Part shown: positions 38,564 through 46,330 of the stretch, one piece after another | Layout: the number at the start of each line of letters is the position of its first letter | How positions within the stretch are numbered: position 1 is the stretch's first letter | From: a virus | Lineage: Duplodnaviria; Caudoviricetes | Reading direction: 5' to 3' (one strand) | Virus record (IMG/VR): IMGVR_UViG_2814123113_000001 | Location: 1-64,000 of that record | DNA: 64,000 nucleotides | Made by a program: the position numbers and the translations under genes | Notes under the pieces: generated by a model | What the model saw: only the letters and a program-made list of their open reading frames with translations | Told to the model about the DNA's origin: nothing | Databases searched by the model: none

Positions 38564-38803
38564 ATGAATGACCTGACGATCATCAAGGGCCAGATCGAAG
38601 CCCTTGCCCACGCCAGCGCAATCCTGTTGGGCGCTCGCATCCGACACCTGACGCCTGGCGAAGCCGCCACGGCCTGCCGTGTGTTCGCGACCCCGCTGAC
38701 CGATCCGACACCAGCCGACGATCCGGCCCGGCGCGGCGTCATGCTGGACACGCTGGGCGACATCGCCGAGCGCGCCCTGATGTTGAGCAGGCCCGTCGGA
38801 TGA
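38564..38803 (+). CDS. Hypothetical protein (counter-oriented)
   Basis: GGAGG RBS before MNDLTII. Confidence 0.6.
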   Translation: MNDLTIIKGQIEALAHASAILLGARIRHLTPGEAATACRVFATPLTDPTPADDPARRGVMLDTLGDIAERALMLSRPVG

Positions 38804-38930
38804 CCCAGCGGAAATACAGCGCGAGCGAGTTTGCCACCCACCCGTCAACTCTGGTTCGACGGCAATGTGTCGCGGCGTCGCACCATGCAAATTAACGCCC
38901 AATTCCACGGCCACGCTGTATGCGGTGGCC

Positions 38931-39146
38931 ATGATCGACGAACCGACTACACGACCGTCCGACGAGTTTCGCGCCTTGACGATCCTGGCCTTGGCGCTTG
39001 CCGAAACTCTTGGCCAGCAAGGCCAGGGCGAGAAGTTCCTGGTGAACCTGATGCGCGTGATCGAAGACCAGCGCCCGACCGCATCAGCCGACGATCGCGC
39101 CATCACCTGGGCAGACAAGCTCGCCACGGAGTTGCTGGTCAGGTAG
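38931..39146 (+). CDS. Hypothetical protein (counter-oriented)
   Basis: MIDEPTTR ORF with typical codon use; start uncertain. Confidence 0.5.
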   Translation: MIDEPTTRPSDEFRALTILALALAETLGQQGQGEKFLVNLMRVIEDQRPTASADDRAITWADKLATELLVR

Positions 39147-39197
39147 CTCGCGACTTGACCGCGAACGCCGGGTATGTAGCATTCGCAACCGCCGGGG

Positions 39198-39563
39198 GTG
39201 TGTATGCCGCGTACGCGTTTCGATGTAGCGAAGATCTGCGACCCGACGCCGGTCGGGACAAGATCGATGGCGGTAAAGGCCAACTTGGAGGCATCGATCT
39301 CGCCCGCGAACGACCCCGTCGACTTCACGAGCGCATACATGGTGCTTGTCGACAGACTGCTCAGCGACGTAGCCGACAGCGACGCCAGCGAGTGCGCCCG
39401 CATCGTTCGAGCCATCACGCGCCGCTCGATCAAAGAAACACCGAAAGGGCGCGCGACGCTGCGACGCGCGCCGCATTTGGCGACCGCCGAGGCGGTGTCC
39501 AGGCGCGTCTTGAAGGCGCGCTGCGAAGCGTGCCCTCGGATCTGCCAGTCTCCACTGAGATAG
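39198..39563 (+). CDS. Hypothetical protein (counter-oriented)
   Basis: ORF convergent on cro; start and coding strand uncertain. Confidence 0.35.
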   Translation: MCMPRTRFDVAKICDPTPVGTRSMAVKANLEASISPANDPVDFTSAYMVLVDRLLSDVADSDASECARIVRAITRRSIKETPKGRATLRRAPHLATAEAVSRRVLKARCEACPRICQSPLR

Positions 39564-39567
39564 GACA

Positions 39568-39756
39568 TCAATCCCTCTCAGCCGGAAGCCATGCGCTTGG
39601 CGGGATGCCCAGCTCGCGCTCAATCCGAACCGCCAGCTCAAGCGAAGGCGTTCTAGCCCCGCTCACGAGCTGAGAAACGTAGCCCTTCGAAATGCCCAGC
39701 GACCTCAGCTTCTCGCCAAGATCCTCGCTCGACCGGGTGAGGTTTGCGGTTTCCAT
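39568..39756 (-). CDS. Cro-like XRE HTH regulator
   Basis: LGISKGYVSQLVSGARTPSLELAVRIE; divergent from cI. Confidence 0.85.
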   Translation of the reverse strand: METANLTRSSEDLGEKLRSLGISKGYVSQLVSGARTPSLELAVRIERELGIPPSAWLPAERD

Positions 39757-39764
39757 GCCCAAGG

Positions 39765-39850
39765 GTTTGCATATTGCAAACTCTTTGGCAACCCGCTCGG
39801 TTTGCAGACTGCGTGACGACGCGGATGTGCCGTTACGTCAAACTGCGAAC
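39765..39850. promoter_or_regulatory. OR-like operators (GTTYGC-N5-GCRAAC)
   Basis: GTTTGCATATTGCAAAC 39765-39781, GTTTGCAGACTGCGTGA 39800-39816, half-site ending at 39850. Confidence 0.75.
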
Positions 39851-40171
39851 ATGGAAAGCCCCGACAAGCCCCTGCACCATCTTCGCGACTGGCGGAACTA
39901 CAGAGGCCTTTCGCAAGAGGATCTGGCTGAGCAGATCGGGACGACCAAGTCTGTCATTAGCTTGCTTGAGACAGGCGAGCGGCAGCTATCGCCCAAGTGG
40001 CTTTTCAGGCTGGCTCCAGCCCTGAAAACGAAGCCGGGCGCGATTATCGATCACAACCCTTATGAACTCCCCCGCGACGTCATCGACATCTGGCTGGAGA
40101 TCGATGAGCAGCAGAGGCCTCAGGCCATGAAGGTGCTCGAAACCTTCCGCAAGGTCGCAAGCGGCAGCTAG
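39851..40171 (+). CDS. CI-like XRE repressor without an S24 peptidase domain
   Basis: LRDWRNYRGLSQEDLAEQIGTTKSVISLLETG; 106 aa. Confidence 0.85.
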   Translation: MESPDKPLHHLRDWRNYRGLSQEDLAEQIGTTKSVISLLETGERQLSPKWLFRLAPALKTKPGAIIDHNPYELPRDVIDIWLEIDEQQRPQAMKVLETFRKVASGS

Positions 40172-40173
40172 AC

Positions 40174-40956
40174 ATGCTCGGGTTTATCAAGGCGCTATTA
40201 CGCGGCGAAGCGCATGACGCGCCGCCCCTGACGCCCCCGACCTTCTCAAGTCCGATCGTCCCACCGGAAGACAGTCCCGCAACTATCCAGCCCGCACCTG
40301 GTGATGAAGATCACCCACTTTTCGGTCGAGCCCTGATAATCGACTACATTGATGCTCAGGATGTGGCGAGTTTTCGCCGCATATCAGTGCGAAACTGCTA
40401 CGCATCGGGAAACTATTCATATGTCGCTGCGCGATGCCTTGAGCGGCAAGCTCATCGCGTCTTTCGAATTGATCGGATTGATAGCGTAGCCTGTGGCGTT
40501 AGCGGCGAAGACCTCGGAGATCCCGAACGCTTCTTTGTTCCAGCTCCACCCGCGATCGGAAGCCGCGCCGGGCGCCTTGGTCGCAAACCGCTCCCACATC
40601 CAGAGTTGCGAGCTGCCATCAGAGCCTTGATCACGGTCGCAAGAGCCGACGGGTTCATTCACCCCAGCGAACGGCAAGTTATCCAGTCCTTCCTAAAGGT
40701 CGCCGGCGCATCACTTAGCGAAGCAGAGCGAGGCGAAATGCTGCAACGAGCCCTCGGCCTCAACGCCGATTGTGAAGCGTTCTATCGTAATTTGCGGATT
40801 ATGTTTCAGGCGGGAGAGCCGCTTGCCAGCACAACGATTGCCGCCATGGGGGATCTCGCTCGAGCCGACGGCGAAGTGTCGGACGATGAGATGTTCCTCG
40901 TCAGCGAGATGATCCGAAAAGGCAAGGAGCACGACTACCGCATAACAATCGAGTAG
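40174..40956 (+). CDS. WYL-like + TerB-like domain protein
   Basis: IIDYIDAQ..SFRRISV..CLERQAHRVFRIDRI (WYL-like); VARADG.IHPSE and LARADGEVSDDE (TerB-like). Confidence 0.75.
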   Translation: MLGFIKALLRGEAHDAPPLTPPTFSSPIVPPEDSPATIQPAPGDEDHPLFGRALIIDYIDAQDVASFRRISVRNCYASGNYSYVAARCLERQAHRVFRIDRIDSVACGVSGEDLGDPERFFVPAPPAIGSRAGRLGRKPLPHPELRAAIRALITVARADGFIHPSERQVIQSFLKVAGASLSEAERGEMLQRALGLNADCEAFYRNLRIMFQAGEPLASTTIAAMGDLARADGEVSDDEMFLVSEMIRKGKEHDYRITIE

Positions 40957-40976
40957 CGCTTTCCGCAAACCGTCAG

Positions 40977-41028
40977 GTTCGCAGACTGCAAACTTTTTGT
41001 TTGACGCCGACGTTTGCAATATGCAAAC
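40977..41028. promoter_or_regulatory. OL-like operators and pL-like promoter
   Basis: GTTCGCAGACTGCAAAC 40977-40993 and GTTTGCAATATGCAAAC 41012-41028 flank TTGACG at 41001. Confidence 0.75.
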
Positions 41029-41140
41029 GCTATGGTCACCCGCACCGGACGAGCGAGCACACGGGGTGTTCGTCTGGGACTGGAAGGGCGTTGAGAACCG
41101 ATTTCGGTTCCCGATCGCTCCGGTGCGGTCTGAGGACCAT

Positions 41141-41422
41141 ATGGGAGAGAATGCAACGATCACCGGCGAGGCCCACGGCCTGGTGCTGGTGGTGGCCGAC
41201 CGAGGCTTTGTCTGGGTCGGTGAAACGGTCACGACCCCGGACTGGGTCGAGATCAAGAACGCCCGCTGCGTGCGCCGCTGGGGCACGACCAAGGGCCTGA
41301 ACCAACTAGCCATCGAGGGACCGCAATCGAGCACTCAGCTCGACGCTCCCGCCGACCTCAAGGTCAGCCGCAAAGCCCTCATCGCCATCATCCCGTGCGA
41401 GGCCGAGAAGTGGGCCGCATAG
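41141..41422 (+). CDS. Small beta-rich phage protein (DUF6948-like)
   Basis: GAGGA RBS; VVADRGFVWVG, ARCVRRWGTTKGL.QLA.EGP, IAIIPC. Confidence 0.75.
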   Translation: MGENATITGEAHGLVLVVADRGFVWVGETVTTPDWVEIKNARCVRRWGTTKGLNQLAIEGPQSSTQLDAPADLKVSRKALIAIIPCEAEKWAA

Positions 41423-41772
41423 CGACCCTCGACGGCCAAGGCGCGGGCACCGCCCGCGCCGACGGCTACGGCTACGGCGACGGCGACGGCGACGGCTACG
41501 GCTACGGCGACGGCGACGGCGACGGCTACGGCTACGGCGACGGCGACGGCTACGGCGACGGCGACGGCTACGGCTACGGCTACGGCTACGGCGACGGCGA
41601 CGGCTACGGCTACGGCTACGGCTACGGCGACGGCGACGGCGACGGCGACGGCTACGGCTACGGCTACGGCGACGGCGACGGCGACGGCTACGGCTACGGC
41701 GACGGCGACGGCGACGGCGACGGCTACGGCTACGGCTACGGCTACGGCTACGGCTACGGCTACGGCTGGTGA
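41410..41772 (+). CDS. Gly-Tyr/Gly-Asp repeat protein
   Basis: GTG start overlapping the upstream gene; 51 (D/Y)G dipeptides; stop followed by a terminator. Confidence 0.7.
   Translation: MGRIATLDGQGAGTARADGYGYGDGDGDGYGYGDGDGDGYGYGDGDGYGDGDGYGYGYGYGDGDGYGYGYGYGDGDGDGDGYGYGYGDGDGDGYGYGDGDGDGDGYGYGYGYGYGYGYGW
41461..41766 (+). repeat. 51 x 6-bp tandem repeat (G/T)ACGGC
   Basis: 24 GACGGC and 27 TACGGC units, no other variant. Confidence 0.97.
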
Positions 41773-41775
41773 GCC

Positions 41776-41832
41776 GGAGGCCCGGCCAGGGCTCGGCGTA
41801 GCCCTACCGCCCTGGCCGGGCCTCCTCTTTTT
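41776..41832 (+). terminator. Strong intrinsic terminator
   Basis: 17-bp perfect stem GGAGGCCCGGCCAGGGC/GCCCTGGCCGGGCCTCC followed by TCTTTTT. Confidence 0.85.
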
Positions 41833-41883
41833 CAAACCCTCAGAGAACACATCGCCCCGAGGGCGATAGCGCCGAGGTCAATC

Positions 41884-42102
41884 ATGTCTATCCTACTGCA
41901 AGGAACGCCGTGGCCCGTGATCGCCGCGCACCTGACTGAGATCGGACTACTGGCGGCGATCTATCTGCGGGTCCGCATGATCCCGCGCCGCAACCTGCCC
42001 GTCATCGTCAACATCGACCCAGTCAGGGCCGGCGAGGCGGCGGCTAAGGAACACCAGATTTTGCGCCTGGCGCGGGAGATGAAGGGGCCGCGCCGTGCGT
42101 AG
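41884..42102 (+). CDS. Small membrane-anchored hypothetical protein
   Basis: GAGG RBS; hydrophobic N-terminus. Confidence 0.6.
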   Translation: MSILLQGTPWPVIAAHLTEIGLLAAIYLRVRMIPRRNLPVIVNIDPVRAGEAAAKEHQILRLAREMKGPRRA

Positions 42103-42511
42103 CCCCTTCGAGCAAGGCGACCAGCCAAGACCGTCGCTCAAGACCGAACGCTGTTCGGCTGAGGTCATCTCCCTCACCGAATGGGCGGCCTCCCGTCGCC
42201 GTAGCGAGCCACCGAGCTGGGATCAGCACGCGCTCGACTTGCAACCCTATCAGCGTGACGCCTTGGCGTGGCTGGAGCGCCAGGACGCGCTGAACGCCAA
42301 CGACCTTTGGGCTGCGCAAGCCGCGACGGCCTATCTCGGCGACCGCATCGCCATGCCCGCCGCGGCGATCGAGGCCGCGTTCGACGCGAGGACCGGCCGC
42401 TTCGACCTTCCGGCCTATGTGGCCAACACCCTTGATGGCGCGCCGGCCGTCCTGCCACTGCCGCAACCCCCTGTCGGCGTGATCACGCGCCTGCTGCGGA
42501 GGCTGCATTGA
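42095..42511 (+). CDS. Hypothetical protein
   Basis: Coupled ORF. Confidence 0.65.
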   Translation: MRSPFEQGDQPRPSLKTERCSAEVISLTEWAASRRRSEPPSWDQHALDLQPYQRDALAWLERQDALNANDLWAAQAATAYLGDRIAMPAAAIEAAFDARTGRFDLPAYVANTLDGAPAVLPLPQPPVGVITRLLRRLH

Positions 42512-42798
42512 TGGCCGACGACGCCCAAGCCATGGCCGAGACCGTGCGCTCTGCTTGCGCCCGCCGCATCCGCGATCTGCTGCAAAAGCGGGTCGGCGCC
42601 GGGCGCGAGGATCCTCGCCGCGCGCTGTCGGACCAAGCCAGCATCGCCAACGACTGGAAGGCCGACAGCTTCGACCGCCTTCAGCTCGTGCTCGACATCG
42701 AAGAGACGTTCGACATCGGCATCAGCGACGAGGAGGCCGAGACGATCGACACGATCGACGCGGCCGTCACCCGCATCATGTCGGGGGCCTGGACGTGA
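42511..42798 (+). CDS. Acyl carrier protein-like
   Basis: DWKADSFDRLQLVLDIEETFDIGISDEEAETIDT resembles the ACP pattern DLGADSLD..ELVMALEEEF..EI.DEEAEKI.T. Confidence 0.85.
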   Translation: MADDAQAMAETVRSACARRIRDLLQKRVGAGREDPRRALSDQASIANDWKADSFDRLQLVLDIEETFDIGISDEEAETIDTIDAAVTRIMSGAWT

Positions 42799-43124
42799 AC
42801 ATCACCGTGATCGTCCCGGAAAAGCGCGACGTGCTGTTCCACCTGACGCCCTTCGCCAAGGGCTGCGCCAGCGCGGCGGCCAGCGACCGCAAGCGCCGAT
42901 ACCTGGTCACCAGCCGCCGCCCCGGTCAGGCCATTCACGCCCTGCTGACGCGACTAGGGCGCTCGCCCGACGACGTCGAGATCACGCCCTGCGGCGCGAC
43001 CGAAACCGCGATCCACCCGATCGGCAACCCCTTTGAGCCCTACGCCTTCGTCTGGGAGGGCCTGACCTTCGACGAAGTGGCCACCGCCCTCTCCAACCTT
43101 AAAGCCGTAAGGACTGCTCGATGA
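42795..43124 (+). CDS. Hypothetical protein
   Basis: GTGA-coupled ORF. Confidence 0.6.
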   Translation: MNITVIVPEKRDVLFHLTPFAKGCASAAASDRKRRYLVTSRRPGQAIHALLTRLGRSPDDVEITPCGATETAIHPIGNPFEPYAFVWEGLTFDEVATALSNLKAVRTAR

Positions 43125-43312
43125 CGCGCTGGCGCGAAGGCGACGCCGCGCGCGTCGTCGACCTGACCGATCTGAAGATGCCCGGCAAGGGACGGCCACC
43201 CTTCGCCAAGGACGACATCGTCCGGGTTCGGCGCGTCTCGCCCGACGGCAAGCGTCTGGTTCTGGACACACACCCGGGCTGGTTTTCCGCCCATCGCTTC
43301 AAGCCGCTCTAG
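43121..43312 (+). CDS. Small SH3/KOW-like hypothetical protein
   Basis: ATGA-coupled; WFSAHRF C-terminus. Confidence 0.55.
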   Translation: MTRWREGDAARVVDLTDLKMPGKGRPPFAKDDIVRVRRVSPDGKRLVLDTHPGWFSAHRFKPL

Positions 43313-43320
43313 GAGCACCC

Positions 43321-45561
43321 ATGTCAGCCTTGACCGTCATGGCGTTGGAAAACGCCGACATTCTGCGCGCCCTTAGGTCATCGAAATTCGAGACCGTCAG
43401 CGATCTTGCGCGCACCCTCGAACGCGACCCCAGCAATCTGCGTCGCAGCCTGACACGGATGGCCGATGACGGCTTGCTGGCGGTGGCCAATCTGTCGCCG
43501 CTGGACGCCAGCCTGACGCTGTCGGCTCAGGCCGCCCTTGAGGCGCTGGACCGTGCCGACGGCGCCGAGGTCGCCACGACGCCCGCCGGTTATGTCGCCC
43601 TGCGTCACGACCAGATCTTGCCCGATCCGGAAAACGCCCGCACCAGCTCGGGCCTGTCGACGTCGTCCATCTTCGAGATGGCCGACAGCCTCGCCGACCA
43701 GGGCATGCTGCAATCGCCCGCCGTACGCCCTGCGGCCGACGGCGCGGGATATGTGCTGGTCATGGGCGAACGCCGCTGGCGTGGTTGGGGCCTGTTGATC
43801 GAACAGGGCCGGTGGACAGCGGACAAGACGATCCTCTGCCGCCTCGACGATGGCGACGATCTGGCGCGGCTTGAGGCCGGTCTGGTCGAGAACCTCCAAC
43901 GATCCGACCTGAACAATCTGGAAGCCGCCGAAGGCTTCCTGACGCTGTCGATCCGCCACAAGCGCACCGCGCAGCAGATTGCCAAGACGGTCGGCTGGAA
44001 CGAGCGGACGGTGCAGATCGCGCTCAAGGTCGCCAAGGAAGCCACCGACGCCGACAAGCAGAAGTACCTCGAAAGCGAGGCCGCCTATGCGCTCGCCAAG
44101 GAAACCGGCGAGGCGGGCGTCAAGCGCACCTTCACCTGGGAAGACCTTCGCGAGACCGTGAAGACGCCCAAATGGCGCCAGGTGCTGGACAAGCGCAGCC
44201 GCGTCTCGCTGCTCGTCATGGAACTGGCCTTCAAGCAGCTCAGCGACTGTGACGGCCCCGATGGGCTGACGCGCATCTCGGTTCCGCCCGGCGGCGGCTT
44301 CTGGTCCGAGGCCGAGGATCTTGGCCTGGTCAAGGACATGCGCGTCGATCAGGCCGTGTTCGCAGGCGTGACCGACCGCGCCCGGGAATGGCTGGCCGAC
44401 AACCAGTTCGACGCCGACCCCGGCGCGGCGCTCAAGACGCTGCGCATCGACGCCCTGGGCTCAATGGGCGAGCGGCTGGCGTCGGACGCGGGCCGCTACG
44501 CCACCGACTTCATCAACCCGCCCAAGCCGCAACCGCCAGCGCCCGAACCCAGCCCGGAGCCGCCAACTCAGGCCTCCGACGATCGCCGCGACAGCTTCAC
44601 CCGGCAGGTTCTCGCGGTCGCCGGTGATGACGCTGGAGATAGCCACGAGACCGCGCCGACGATCGACGCGGCCGCAATGGCTTATGGCGCGGCCATTGAA
44701 GAGCACGGGGCCTCTTCGCCCGAGGCCGTCGCAGGCCTGGAGGATCTGCGAGCCGCACGCGCCGCAAACAACGCGCCCTCCGCTCAAGACCCCAGCGCCC
44801 TCTACGCAGCCCTCGGCGGCAAGGTAGCCGCTCCAGCCAGCGAGGCGACGAGCGCCGTTCGCGACGAGGCGAACAATCCGGGCAACCTGGAGGACGACGA
44901 GTTTCTGGCCATCGCAGAGATCGCCCACAAGACCACGTTCGACGGCGTTGATACGCGCGGCGGCGCGATCCGTGGGTGCCGCGTCTTCTCGTTTCACACC
45001 GGCCCGGGCGCGGAACTGGCCAGCCGCCTCCAGCACAAGCGCATGCTGGGCTTTGGCCAGGCCGCCAGCGGATCGGGCTTTATCGCCTATCTGACGCAGG
45101 ACGCCTGGAACCTGATCGGCGAGGTTGACGACGAACGCCTCGAGGGCATGCGGCACGAGACGCTCGACACCGGCGACCTGACCGCGTTCGAGGCCTCGGG
45201 CGCCAAGTACGTGACGCCCTGGCTGGTCGATCCGGTGAAGACTGAGGAACCGGCGGCGCCCGACGCCGCAGACTCTGACGACGGCTCACCCTTCGCCGAA
45301 GACGAGGACGACGACGGCGAGGAAATGGACCATCATTGGTTCGACGCCGCCGCGCACCTGGGCGGCCGATGGGACTACCTGCTCGCCCTCCAGATGACCG
45401 CGCCGGCCCCGGCCGGGCTGGACGCCCCGTTCTACATCTCCGCCAAGAGCGAGGGCGAGGGCATGGTCGTCGGCGAAACCCTCGCCGGATCGGGACGCTT
45501 CAGCGACGTCAGGCTCTACCGCCGTAGCGGCAAGCTGCTGCTGCATTGGGGCGTCGCATGA
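43321..45561 (+). CDS. Large ParB/Spo0J-family protein with an extra N-terminal HTH
   Basis: ILPDPENAR, GMLQSPAVR, YVLVMGERRWR, LVENLQRSDL, central HTH AQQIAKTVGWNERTVQ. Confidence 0.9.
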   Translation: MSALTVMALENADILRALRSSKFETVSDLARTLERDPSNLRRSLTRMADDGLLAVANLSPLDASLTLSAQAALEALDRADGAEVATTPAGYVALRHDQILPDPENARTSSGLSTSSIFEMADSLADQGMLQSPAVRPAADGAGYVLVMGERRWRGWGLLIEQGRWTADKTILCRLDDGDDLARLEAGLVENLQRSDLNNLEAAEGFLTLSIRHKRTAQQIAKTVGWNERTVQIALKVAKEATDADKQKYLESEAAYALAKETGEAGVKRTFTWEDLRETVKTPKWRQVLDKRSRVSLLVMELAFKQLSDCDGPDGLTRISVPPGGGFWSEAEDLGLVKDMRVDQAVFAGVTDRAREWLADNQFDADPGAALKTLRIDALGSMGERLASDAGRYATDFINPPKPQPPAPEPSPEPPTQASDDRRDSFTRQVLAVAGDDAGDSHETAPTIDAAAMAYGAAIEEHGASSPEAVAGLEDLRAARAANNAPSAQDPSALYAALGGKVAAPASEATSAVRDEANNPGNLEDDEFLAIAEIAHKTTFDGVDTRGGAIRGCRVFSFHTGPGAELASRLQHKRMLGFGQAASGSGFIAYLTQDAWNLIGEVDDERLEGMRHETLDTGDLTAFEASGAKYVTPWLVDPVKTEEPAAPDAADSDDGSPFAEDEDDDGEEMDHHWFDAAAHLGGRWDYLLALQMTAPAPAGLDAPFYISAKSEGEGMVVGETLAGSGRFSDVRLYRRSGKLLLHWGVA

Positions 45562-45962
45562 CCGCCGCCGAGCTGATGGCCCGCGCCATCGCCGAAGCGG
45601 TTTGGAATCGCGTCGACGCCATGAAGCGCGGGACCTTGGGGCCTCGCCAGATGTTGAGCTGGGAAACGGCGGGCGAACAAGCTCGGGCCAACTGGACGGC
45701 GATCGGCGAGCATGCGCTCGCCGAGATCCGCGCGGCGCGGCTCAGCGATGACAGCGTCATTCGGATGAGCCTCGCGCAATCGATCTTCGGGTTGATGCGC
45801 AAGGCGATGCTGGCCAGCCCGGCGGGACTTCCTCGTTACGCGGCCACCACGTGGTCGGACGCCCATCCCGACGAGCGCGCCGACTACTTTGCGATCGCCG
45901 GCGCGGCGATGCAGACGGTGCGCGCCGCCAAGGCGCAAGCCCAGCAGGCGAGGGCGGCATGA
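45558..45962 (+). CDS. Hypothetical protein
   Basis: ATGA-coupled ORF. Confidence 0.65.
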   Translation: MTAAELMARAIAEAVWNRVDAMKRGTLGPRQMLSWETAGEQARANWTAIGEHALAEIRAARLSDDSVIRMSLAQSIFGLMRKAMLASPAGLPRYAATTWSDAHPDERADYFAIAGAAMQTVRAAKAQAQQARAA

Positions 45963-46198
45963 CCCAACGCCCGCTAACCCTGGCCGACGTCATCGCCTAC
46001 CACGTCGCCGAGGCCGAGAACTACACCGCCAAGGCCACAGGCTGGGCACGCTCGGCCGAGCTGCTCAAGACCGGCCACAGCGTCACGAACGCCGTTCGTA
46101 TCGACCGGTTTGACGCCGCCGCCCAGCTCGCCGCCGACATCGCCGCGAAGCACGGCGAGATGGCCGACCTTCTCGAAACTCAGAGCACCCGGTCATGA
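45959..46198 (+). CDS. Hypothetical protein
   Basis: ATGA-coupled ORF. Confidence 0.6.
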   Translation: MTQRPLTLADVIAYHVAEAENYTAKATGWARSAELLKTGHSVTNAVRIDRFDAAAQLAADIAAKHGEMADLLETQSTRS

Positions 46199-46330
46199 AG
46201 CGTTGGCCTCGCCTGATCGGCTGGACCCTCGCCGCCGCCGCCTCAGCCGCCGCCATGGCACGCGCTCACCGCGCTCTTCCGAACTTTCTCCGGCCGCCAA
46301 GGCTGAACCTGAAAACCTTAGGAGACCTTG

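Noticed and set aside
38363-39571. 402-aa minus-strand ORF between cro and cII
   Set aside because: No motif and atypical composition; overlaps plus-strand ORFs with better RBS and codon use, although a shorter minus-strand gene is not excluded
41461-41766. CRISPR array or DGR variable region
   Set aside because: Simple 6-bp tandem repeat without spacers; no cas or reverse transcriptase gene in the window
41335-41850. Minus-strand ORF encoding (VA)n
   Set aside because: Antisense shadow of the (G/T)ACGGC array; RBS, gene overlap and terminator all favour the plus strand
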